Source: Lama glama
Taxonomy: Eukaryota
Reading direction: 5' to 3'
DNA length: 64,000 bases
NCBI GenBank assembly: GCA_028534125.1
Contig: CM052818.1
Location: forward strand, 44,022,001 to 44,086,000
A program made the translations under genes and the position numbers. The notes beneath the pieces are model-generated. The model made no database searches. It saw only the letters and a program-made list of their open reading frames with translations, and had not been told where the DNA came from. This document shows positions 53,423-64,000 of this stretch, in pieces. The stretch's first letter is position 1. Each line of letters begins with the position of its first letter.

Positions 53423-53560
53423 CCCTCCTTTTTCTTCTCTCTTTCCTCCTCCTTTTCCCTCTCCCTTTCCTCCTCCTTTTCCCCTCCCATTTCCCTCCCT
53501 CTCCTCCTCCTCCTCCTTTTTCTTTTTCTTCTTCTTCTTCCTCTCCCTCTCTCTCATCAT
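53423..53560. repeat. Polypyrimidine (CCT/CTT) low-complexity tract
   Basis: Directly visible. Confidence 0.9.
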
Positions 53561-54665
53561 CATTTTTAGATGAGGGCACATAGTTGAATTAATGTTAGGA
53601 CCTGTAGTGCAAAATGTACACAATCTACTTAGGGAGCCAAGAGAAGGAAGCCATTAACACTGTCCCAGTTTGGAGCAGTGTCAGGGAAGACATCTCAGAC
53701 GGTTCATTGTCAAGTACACCTTGAAGGATGAGTCTTTCAGATGGAAAGTTTGGGGCGGAGACCGCAGCACAGCCAGTCCTAGGAGAGATGCGCTTCAGTG
53801 TGATTTCAATGAAATGAGAGACGGACGACATGATACTCTTAGAATGGTTTATTCTTTCTTCAGACACTGTTTCCCTTTTTCTTATCTGTCTCAGTTTCTC
53901 TCTAAAAACGGCCTAAGAACCTCAGGAATAAATTAGTGCCTTACAAAAGAAAAATGTGTTGGTTTAGGAGTCAGAGAACCTAGTTCCAAGTGGATGACTT
54001 CAGGCAAATTACTTCCTGTGTAAGCCTCTGCCTCCCGATATGTCAAAAAGGACTAAAACTCTCTATAGTATTCAATATTGATGTGATTTAAACAAACACA
54101 CAAGACAAAGAACCAGCCAGACCCCAGCCCAGAGAGTGCTTAGGAAAGGCCGCCTCCTCTCCATCCTTTGTGCTTCTGTGGGTGCTGTCCCCACGTGGGA
54201 CCAGGGGGTCCCAGCCAAGGGCAGAACCATCAGCGAGGGCCAGAGATGAGGCCGCCCGGCTTACACAAGAGATGAGAAAGATGTGGAATGTGTTTTCTGA
54301 AGGCCACCTGCAGTGTGACAAGGAAAGGAAGCCAGGAGTGGAACGAAGCAGACTGTCTGCCAAACTCCCGGGAGGGGAATGTTCTACAAGCATATCCATC
54401 GGTGAGTACCGTGGAGAGACTCCCCCATTGACTTCGCGGCATTGCCATGTCCTCTTGTTCATGAAAGGCTGGGAAGGGGAGGAAACTCGCCTCCTGATTA
54501 GAGGATGACACCCAGCAAGTGAGAGCACAGAGGCTTTGAAGTGCTGAGGGGCGGTCCCTGGGCTGGGGGCATGGGTCTCCCCTTGACTTGTGGGCAACTC
54601 AGCACAAGAGTAGAAGATAAAAATCATTTCTCTTTGATGCTACACTAAAACTGGATATGTGGTAG

Positions 54666-55816
54666 TTTCTTTCCTTTTTTTTAAATTGAAGTAGAGTTGA
54701 TTTATAATGTTGTGCTGGTTTCTGGTGTACAGCATACTGATTTAGTTATATGTTCATATATATGCTTTTTCAGATTCTTTTTCGTTATGACTTTTACAAC
54801 CTATTGACTATAGTTCCACGTGCTGTACAGTAGGACCTCATTGTTTATCTATTATATATAATAGTTTGTATCTGCTAATCCCAAACTCCTAATGTAGTCC
54901 TCCCTGCCCCTTCCGTTTGGTAACCATAAATTTGTTTTCTATGTCTGCAAATCTGTTTGTTTTGTAAGTAAGTTCATTTGCATCATTTTTTAGATTCCAC
55001 ATATAAGTGATATCATATGATATTTGTCTTCCTCCATCTGACTTACTGCACTTCCTGTGATAATCTCTATGTCCATCCATGTTGCTGCAAATGGCATTAT
55101 TTTATTTTTTATAGCTTAGTAATATTCTATTATATAAATATACCACATCTTCTTTATCCAGTCATCTGTTGATGGATATTTAGGTTGCTTGCAAGTCTTG
55201 GCTATCGTAAGTAGGGCTGCTATGAACACTGGAGTGCATGTATCTTTTCAAATTAGACTTTTCTCTGGATATATGCCCAGGAGTAGGATTTCTCCATCAT
55301 ATGGTAAGTCTAATTTTGGTTCTTAAGGAATCTCCATACTGTTTCCACAGTGGCTGCCCCAAATTACATTCCCATCAACAGTGTGTTGGCATCTTTTTCT
55401 CCACACCCTCTCCAGCATTTACCATTTGTGGACTTTTTAATGATGGCCATTCTGACTGATGTGAAGTGATACTTAACTGTAGTTTTGATTTTCATTTCTC
55501 TGACAATTGGTGATATTGAGCATCTTTTCATGTGCTTACTGGCCATCTGTATATCTTCACTGGAGAAAGGTCTGTTTAGGTCTCCCGCCCATTTTTGGAT
55601 TGGGTTGTTTGTTTCTTTGTTATTGGGTTGTGTGAACTGTTTCTATATTCTGGAAATGAAGCCCTTGTCAGTTGCATCATTTGCAAATATCTTCTCCCAG
55701 TCTGTAGGCTGTCTCTTCATTTAGTTTACGATTTCCTTTGCTGTGCAAGGGCTTATAAATTTGATTAGGTCCCACTTGTTTATTTTTGCTTTTATTTCTA
55801 TTGGGTTGGGAGACTG
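54666..55816 (-). mobile_element. 5'-truncated L1 (~1.15 kb: ORF2 C-terminus plus 3' UTR), cetartiodactyl-type
   Basis: Poly-T, then aaattgaagtagagttgattt... Minus ORF 55364-55546 [48 protein letters not shown] is the L1 ORF2 C-terminal region. Confidence 0.95.
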
Positions 55817-56830
55817 CGGAAGGTCTCCTCTTGTCGTAACTCAGTACTCAGTGTATCGCAGGTTTCCTCTCAAGGCCTCAAAAGTTCCATTCTGAGCAGC
55901 CGCATTCCTGCTGGCAACACCCTGAGAAGCAGAACCTTCTCTTCCTCCCCACTCTGATGCCTGAGGTCTAGGTGCAGCTCCTGCCTGGGACAGAGGGGGC
56001 CCCTGGGCTCGGAAGAAAGGAGCCAGCATGGCCGAGCAGAGGGGGCACCAGCCTTGTGGGCAGTGAGGAGCCCGCTCCTGTCCTGAGGAGGCTCTCCTCT
56101 CGCAGAACCAGTTCTAACCCATTGAGTCTGTGCTGGAAACTGGAATCCTCTCCATCACAGTCAGGCCAGCTCTGGAGCCTGTCAATCAAGCTGAGCATCC
56201 CCGTCCTGCACAACTCTCTCCATCCATGTAAGGGAGCCTTTCCAGATTACTGCCCACATAGAACTTCCCCGAGCAGCCTGATCTCTAAGCTTTTGTTCCT
56301 GCTGGTGCTCTTTTCTCCTTCCTGATTTATCGGGGATCTATTTATCTTTCAGGACCCAATTCCAATGCCTCCTTCAGCTTCCAGTTGTCCCTGAAACCCA
56401 TCACTGTGCTTGGTTGGGCTCCTTCAGCTGACTCCACACTTCAGTTATGCCTGTTTCTTTCACGACCATTTAGTCTACCTGGCTGAAAAAACAGAAAACT
56501 GTTAACAAATTTATCTCCCCCATTGGATTGGTGCCCCTTGAGGAAAAGGAGCTCAGAGGAGGGGGGAACTGTGCTGAGGTCATTAGGGGAGTTTCCAGGC
56601 AGGAGTGGGATAGGTGGAGACAGAGAAATCACTCATCCTGGGTGAAACATTTGAGTGAGTACACAGCCAAGAAAACCCCAAAACTAAAAATACCCCCCAA
56701 AAAACCCTCCAAAGTCAAGATAATATTTGAATGCAATTTTTTTTAAAAAATCGACAAAAATTCAAAAATTGTTGATGAACAAAATATTAAAGTTTAAAGA
56801 ATGGCAGGCTGTTGTCGTGTGTTTGCTGTG

Positions 56831-56976
56831 TGACCCCACGTCATTGCGCAATGTGATGGCGGCAGTCCTTGCCAATCAGCCTGTGGTTCCAAAGCTGTGC
56901 AGCGCAGCTGGGGAGGTTACGAGGGTTAATCACGAAGTGAAAAACAGATTGGGCGACAGGGTTTTACGTGGGGTCA
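56831..56976. promoter_or_regulatory. Candidate regulatory module: UPRE (TGACGTGG), C/EBP palindrome and two opposed CCAAT boxes
   Basis: ccacgtca 56836-56843; cattgcgcaatg 56842-56853; gccaatcag 56871-56879; gattggg 56947-56953; bounded by inverted 11-mers tgaccccacgt / acgtggggtca. Confidence 0.5.
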
Positions 56977-59089
56977 GTTTTTTCCTATATGTTGTCAGTC
57001 TTCCTTAGATTTTTCTACTTGGATCAAAAGATAAGAGACTATTTTGATAAGCATGTATAAAGGTGCACGTCTGTACATTTTCCTTCAGTCTCAGACTCCA
57101 GCACTGCTCGGCAAGGCTCCGGTTCCCTGAGGAAGTAGCATTTGCTCCAGGATCAAGGCGTGGGGAAGATTTAGTTAAGTTGGAAAGGACTCTGAGGACT
57201 CCTCCCCACCTCCTGCCCATGAGGGGGTCTCCATCCGGGAAGCCTGACGGCACGGAAACCTGCATAGTCCTTCCCTGGGTCTCAGATCACAATTCCCACC
57301 CTAGTCAGATCAGAAATCCCTGGAAATATCAACCCCTCCTCTTTTTAAGTTAGAAATAAATTAGTTTTAATAATTGCTTCCTAATGGCTTCTTTATGTCA
57401 TCTTTTGTTTATCTTTGTTTATAAGCAAAACAGGACAATTTTTTTTCAGTCTATATTTTTCAGTTATTTCAAAGAGTATGTACTCTGAACAGACCCTGGG
57501 CTACATGCTGGTCATTCAGAAGCAGATAAACAAAATCCTGCCTCAGTTGGCTGACAATGTCACGTGCTTGCGTGTGTGTTATCGGGAGGGGAGGGGAGGG
57601 TGCCGGAGATAAAGAGATAGAAAGTGAAAACACAACCATAATTGATGTCATAAGTGTAATAGCAGACTTAAACTTAAGCTCAGAGACTCCGGGAACATAG
57701 AGCAGAAAGGTAGGAATTCGGCCTTCCTAGGTGGAGGGCAGGCTGGCGAGGCCAGTGATGCCAGAGTGAGGCGGGCAGCTGAGCTTGTCAGCAGAGCAGG
57801 CACACGGGGAGAAGAACGCGGACTGGAGGTGGTCCTCCTGACATGCACAAGGGGAAGGTATTCCTGGAAAAGGCGGCAGCCTGTGGGAAGCTCGGAGTAG
57901 GAAGAGGCCGAGTGCATTCAGGGGAGTAAGCTGGCTCAGCGTAGCTGGCCGTTGAGCTACAAGAATGAAGCCCTGGACCTTATGATCCCCGCCCAGGACG
58001 TGTGTGCGGAGGGGCAGAACTCTGAGGGATTTCAGGCCCCGAGAGTGACGTGGCCGGTTCTGTGCTGCCAAGTTCAGGCTGCTGCGGGTGTGAGAGGGAG
58101 TGGGTTCAGCCCGCGGCGGAGAGAGGAGAGAGGCAGATGGGCCCGGCCCGGCGGAGACGTGCTCATGGTAATGAGAGGAAATAGAAAATGTCATTAACGT
58201 GTCTGCCACCAGAAATGAGAGCGAGATCTATGCCTCTCCTCCTCCCCTCTTCTATTATGAATTATTGTGTTTCAATTATGATTTTGAAAGTATTTCCTTG
58301 AGGAAATCTGTCAGGGTTCCACAATGGGAAAGAAGGAAATGGAGCCATGAAAGTTTAATTTATTGCAGTGACTGCATTTTTTTTAAAAAAGGAAGAAGAA
58401 AATGAAAGAGAAGAGAGAGGCCGAAAAATTGAGAGTAGGGCCGACGGGGTCACCTGCTGTGAGCCGGCCAGAGCAGCCTGAGGTGTCTGCACATTTATGG
58501 AGTCATTTTATGGGATGTGATGAGGGGAGAAGAGCGAGGAAGTCCTATCCTTGTCAGGCAAGGTCGCCTTTTCTTCCTCTGGGCTCCTATTAGTCAGCTC
58601 TGTGTTCCCCAAGGACACTTTAAAGAAGGGAACGGGGCTTTTCTGAGGGAAAATGATGGTCTGGCTCCAGTCCCACACCAGCCACCGGGGTAGGAGGTGC
58701 GGGAACCTGTAAGATGTGGCCTCGCCCTCTCTAAGCTTGCCATCTAGTATACAAGGGGCAGGAGGCTGATAGAGCGTGAAAGTAAGTGTGGACAAAAGAG
58801 CGTCTACTTTGGGCTGAAAGCGCAAAACCACACTAATCAAAATGTGGGGAAGCCAGGGCATGAAATAAAGAGTGACCAGGCCTTGATTGACACGCCAGTC
58901 AACGATGCTCTCAAGGGAGCACCTCTCAGTGGTCTTTGGAAAGGACAGATGCCGTCAAAGTGCTTTCCTTTATTTACCCACTCCCTTACCATGGCACTGA
59001 GAATTCAACCAAGAGTAAGCCCTGGCCTTTTCCTTGCAGGGGCTCCTCGGGGGACTGCCACATCAGGAAACAACTAGAAAGCAAGGAGG

Positions 59090-59580
59090 TCTGAGCTCAG
59101 GGAGCGAAATGTGTCCGGTGTTATAGGATCTCAGATGCAGAGCAGTGAATCCTGTCTAGGAAGAAACCAAAGCAAAGCTCTGAAGTGAGTCTTAAAGGAG
59201 AGCAGGAGTTTCCTAGCAGATGGAGGAGCAAAAGTGGACAGAGATGGTGTCCCAGTAAAAGCCACAGCATGTGTCAAGTGAGGCAGGGAGGCGGGAAGCA
59301 GCGTGGTGACCTCAGGAGGGCCAGGGGTGATGTGGGAGTGACAGGACGGGAGGCTGGAGAGTCACACCTCGCAGAAGCCAGGTCCGCCACCACATGTGGG
59401 CCGTGCCAGGGACTAGGGTTGACCTAGGAGACTCATGGGTGTATTTAAGCATGTGAATAACACTTGGGTTCTAGGGAGATCACTTGGGAAGGGTGGCAGA
59501 TGGCCTTGATGGAGGATGGCCGGGAGGGAAGAGAAACTGGAGCTCTGGAGCTGAGGCTGGAACCCCCAGCAGTCATGAGA
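59090..59580 (-). mobile_element. L2 LINE fragment
   Basis: tctgaagtgagtcttaaaggagagcaggagtttcctagcaga...cacagcatgtgtcaag...atttaagca...ctagggagatcact. Confidence 0.6.
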
Positions 59581-60949
59581 CAGTCCCATGGGCAGGTCTG
59601 AGCCAGGGCAGTGGCCTTGCAGCCTGATGAGAGGACCGCCTAGCGGCTGTGAGGGAAAAATAAGCCCAGAGATGCTGAATGAAAATCAGAAGAAACTTTT
59701 GCCTGGAGATGTTCTGCTACAATCAGTAGAATTTTGGAGGGTGGGAACACATTATTTCTTAAGTGAAATCTGTGTCATAATTATACCTCAATCCTATTTG
59801 TTTTCATTTTCACCTATTGATCTTATTTGATCCCCAAAATAGTCCTGCAAGACAAGGGAGCTTTTTCGCCCCCCACCCCCTCCACCCACCACCACCCCGC
59901 ACCTTTTCCCAACAGGGAAGCTACACCCCGGAGAAGTTCAACAGTTTGCTTCAGGTTTTACATGAAGTGCATAGTGGAGATGGATATAGCGTTCACGTCT
60001 TTCTCACTCCAGAACCAGGACAGATTTCCCCTGCCGCTCTTCCCTCCCCTCCTATCCTCTGTCTCAGCCTCCGTTGTCACCATCAGGCTGATGTGGGCTT
60101 TGAAGATAAGGAGTCTGGAAGACACAGGACCTGGGCTCCAGGAAACCAGCGTGTAACGGGAGAGAAGCGTTGAACAGGCTGCCGCGGGAGGTGCTGTGAT
60201 GGGGGATGTTGGTCTATAGAGGCAGGAGCATCTCCCTCTGCCTGGGGACTCAGGTGAGGCTCCGGGAAGGAGAGGACATCTGCTCTGAGTGTGAACGGGA
60301 ACCCTGTAGTCACAGAGGGCTCCCCTAGGCTCAGCGCTACCACAAAAGTAACTTAGCAGAAGAATCTACCTTGACCCGCGATGAGTCAGACTAGAATTCC
60401 CTTTTATCTGTGGCTAGTCCGTCGGGTTGCCGGCTAAAACTCTTCCTGGTGACCCCCTCTTCTCTCTTTGACGTACTTCCTCCCGAACACTCCACCTTGC
60501 GGGAAAAGCCCACATGGAGCCCACGCAGGTCCCCGCATGAGGCCCCCCCCGGGAGCAGGTGGATGTGCTGAGTGGTGTGGCCCGGGATCCGGAAGCCTTT
60601 CTGCACTCATCCCTCGGGGGCTGGAGGTAAAGCCCTTTAAGAAGAGTGGACCACGTAAGTTAATTTCAGTCCTTTTCTGAGCAGCAGCTGGAGGGGTAAC
60701 TCCCTGTTCGTGGAGAAACAGCCCAGCATTGTAAAAGGATGCAGATGAATAATTAAGTCACTGTTTACAAGAAATCCTAATCTTAGGGCAGTTCAAGGTA
60801 AAGACGGACAGCAGCCAAGAACAGTCAAGAACAACATTGCCAGAACACACGGAGACAGAGGCCTCCAGCCAGACGGTGTTTTTTCTCTAAATAATGTCAC
60901 CAAAAAACTCAGTCAAAATCTCCATTCCCTGGGCACCCGCCACGTATCA

Positions 60950-61180
60950 GTAATAATAATAGTAAAAATAATTAACTGTGATATTGGATTGCCTACTCTG
61001 TTTTAGACATTTGTCTATATTATTTTATTTTAAACCTCACCCTCCTCCCTGCTGCCTCCACAAATCTAAGTAAGTGTTATTACAGAACAGGAAACAGAGA
61101 GGTTGAGTAATTGGTTGAAGTCACACAGTTAATAAGTAACAGGGTTAACTGAGGTCTAGGATGTGAAATTAAGTTTCACT
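60950..61180 (-). mobile_element. MIR SINE
   Basis: tattggattgcctactctg...acagagaggttgagtaattggttgaagtcacacagttaataagt. Confidence 0.6.
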
Positions 61181-62925
61181 GCTTTTCAGATTTATACTTT
61201 ATTTTGCCAAGTGGGGAAAATGGATCTGCAGACTAAGGTTTTATTTTTTCCAAATCTCCTACCTCTCTCCCAAAGCACCTCGAGCATCCGGGGTTATGGG
61301 GTTCTTTCTTAAAACGTGGAAAATAAAGCTTGATTTCCCCCTAAAATCGCACCTGTGCACAAGGAAAGTTTTGCATAAAATTTGTAGACTTCTTTTGAAA
61401 ACCACCTGTGAACTGCAGGTTAAGAAACTCTGAGGACACTCTTGTGCAAATTGATGTAGGATCGGAGTTTCAAACCCTAGGGCACAGCGGGGCTCTGTGA
61501 CCCGCCTCTGCCCCTCCCTCCCTTCCACCGCCTCCTCCCCCCCCCACACACACACCAAAGGAGGGCCTTCTAGTCAGACGCTGCTCTACACAGGGCAGGA
61601 CAGATTCCCAGAAGGGACACAGATGGTGCTAAGAGGTTGATGGAGGTTATTTACTGTATACATCTTTTTATATTTGAGACATTTTACTTCTGACATCACC
61701 TGTGGCTTATTCAACTGTCCCAGAGGTCAGGGGAAGCCCTGTAATGCACACAGCCTCTTTTAACCCTACTGATGGCAGAGATGAAGTGACAATGACTGTG
61801 TACCTTCTCACTATTTCCCAAATACACCTTGCTCTCGCTAGCTCCAGGCCTTTGGGTAGTCTTTTTCTCTGCCTGGAGCGTTTGTTCCTCTTCTAGCAAA
61901 GGCCCAGACATCCCAGACAAGCTGAGTATCACTTTCTTTTGGATGGATGCCTTCCCTGGTCAATCTGCATCCCACCTGCACGTGGCTAGTCATTTTCTCT
62001 CCTCCACCTCCGGTCACCGCCACCACCCCACCCCACCCCCCGCCCAGGGCGCACTGAAATGAACGATGTCTGCGTCCCCAGCTCATCCGTAGGAAGTTGA
62101 GTAACTTAGATAAACAGCAGATGCATTAAAGGGCAGCGTGAATGGATGAAGGCAGTTGGGGAAAATTCCTTTGAGGCAAAACACTGACAAATTTAGGAGC
62201 TCCCTTAAACTGCTATTCCCTTAAAGAATATTGATGGATATTAGGCCATCGTCATGTTAACCTCAATGAATGTGATTTTTCAGTAAGGTTTTTGCGGTCT
62301 GTTTTTGTCTTTTTGCAGTGTCGTACTTTTGGACCTGAGTCCAGAGAAACGGTTTTGTTCCTTTCTGCTCGGAGTCGTTGGAATGGAACATCAGGATGGT
62401 TATCAGGAGAGGCTATTTTTGAGTCAAATATTCCTTTTGAGCTATGCTCAAATTGGAAAGTCTATTTAAGATGGGAAATTTGCCCTGGAGATGTGTGTGT
62501 GTGTGCATGTCTGTGTTCAAAGAAGAATCTGGGGTCATCTGTCTTTGATATTTAAAAGTATCTTTCAAATATTTTCCCAGGCCTTTCCTACCATCCTTTA
62601 TCAGCAGTGACTCCTATCCTTTGTTTTATGGTCCAAGAAGAGACATAATATAAATCAGAAGCTGCATTTCATGTTGTTTTAAATTTTATACAACATCTTG
62701 GGGAAAGGCTTCAAGCAGCTTGTCTGGCTCAGTTTTTTGGTTGTTTTTTTTTTTTTCTTTTGAAAGCATTCTCCCTCATTCTTTCTTACTCTCCCTCTCT
62801 CTCACGTTAATGAAAGGCCCTGGGTTTGATGCTATTATAGGAGGAAGAATCAGACCAACCTCTCAGAGCTGTAACACTGTCTGCCAGTTGCGAGAGCTAT
62901 CTCTGCCTTAAGTGAGATACATTGT

Positions 62926-63790
62926 AGCAATCAGTTCAGAGTGTGGACCTTATCTGCCTGGAAGTCTTTGAGCTCTTTCTCAGGGGAGCCACATGGTCAA
63001 AAGCATTTTCATAATAATCTGAGCACGTGATTTGTCATTTTCACTGTGTTAATATTTCAACTGATGGTGTAAAGGCAACTGTGGGTAAAAGTGCAGATTC
63101 CTCCATGTGAATCAAGGAAGTGGCGCCCAGCTGAAGCTGCAGTCATCATTCTTCATCATCACACATTCTCGATAAAACAAAGCAGGTGGACAAACAACCG
63201 GAAAAAAAAAATACCAACTTCATCTGCAAATGTCCTTGATAAAGCAATGAAAATTCTTAATTAAATCCCACTCTTTGAGTCCCCATCTTCTTAACCTGCT
63301 GTGTGGTGAAATGAGAGGCACTCATGCTGGTGGGTGTGGGTTCTCTCGAGGAAAACACACATGTATCTGAGTTGCCAGCTAAACTTGCTGCTGTTTGCAC
63401 TGAAGGCCAATTTCACTTGAAAGAACAACTGACAGACACACAATGGTTTTTTTTTCCAGATTTGGATATTTGAAAGACATTTTCTCAAATTTAAGCTAAG
63501 TAAGCCTGTCCCTTCAAAGGACCCAAATAGCATTAATGGTTCCAAGGATACAATTCAAGCTTTTAAGCAGAAATTCAAGTGGAAATCAAAGGTTAGAAAA
63601 CTTGTATCTGCTACCATGAGCTTGACTTTCGCTTAAAGCATGTGACGAAATCGAGCTTCAGATAGCTATTTAGTTGGAGAAGGGCAGATTTTAATAGCCT
63701 TTTTAGATAATTGGATAATTCAGATAATAATTTAAGAGATACTAATTATTCCCCTTTGATACTACACTAAAACTTGATGTGTGGTTGTTT
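62926..63790 (+). mobile_element. hAT-Charlie1-like DNA transposon, interrupted by L1
   Basis: ggtcaaaagcattttcataataat...gatggtgtaaaggcaactgtgggtaaaa...aatgtccttgataaagcaatgaaaatt...gacattttctcaaa...aattcaagcttttaagcagaaa...ctttgatactacactaaaact resembles the recalled Charlie1a/b consensus. Confidence 0.8.
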
Positions 63791-64000
63791 CTTTCTTTCT
63801 TTTTTTAAATTGGAGTAGAGTTGACTTACAACATTGTGTTTGTTTCTGGTGTACAACATGGTGATTCAGTTATACACGTACGTATAATCTTTTTCATATT
63901 CTTTTTCATTATAGGCTATTACTTGGTATTGAATATAGTTTCCTGTTCTACAAGTAGGACCTGGTTGTTTGTCTATTCTGTATATAGTAGTTTTTATCTG
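63791..64000 (-). mobile_element. L1 3' end (same type as 54666-55816), continuing beyond the window
   Basis: Poly-T, then aaattggagtagagttgacttacaacattgtg...gtaggacc... Confidence 0.92.

Noticed and set aside
53275..53623. Lys/Glu/Gly-rich ORFs
   Set aside because: MLT2 LTR plus polypyrimidine tract.
54889..55724. L1 ORF2-like peptides
   Set aside because: Fragmented remnant of a truncated L1, not a host CDS.

Overview
Mammalian non-coding genomic DNA with one 500-N assembly gap (9923-10422). It is most likely camelid: it has a camelid-type tRNA-derived SINE and cetartiodactyl-type L1 3' ends, and I saw no Alu, BovB/Bov-tA or PRE1. I could not identify any credible host protein-coding exon or RNA gene. 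The six-frame ORFs are chance ORFs, microsatellite or low-complexity translations, or decayed retroelement frames. The window is a mosaic of old repeats: a decayed ERVL provirus (LTR16-type LTR plus gag/pol remnants) interrupted by an MLT1C-like solo LTR, other MaLR/MLT2 LTRs, L1, L2, L3/CR1, MIR and hAT DNA transposons. Several repeat-free, motif-dense segments between them look like enhancers. Most notable observations: (1) two L1 3' ends 9.1 kb apart share the same 59-bp Charlie-derived flank, suggesting 3' transduction or a local templated duplication; (2) a ~350-bp foldback-like element built from a ~28-bp motif in direct and inverted copies; (3) a quasi-symmetric UPRE/C-EBP/CCAAT module; (4) an AP-1/TEAD cluster; (5) a perfect 45-bp tandem duplication. 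Repeat family names are recalled from consensus sequences, not from a database run, and repeat boundaries are approximate.
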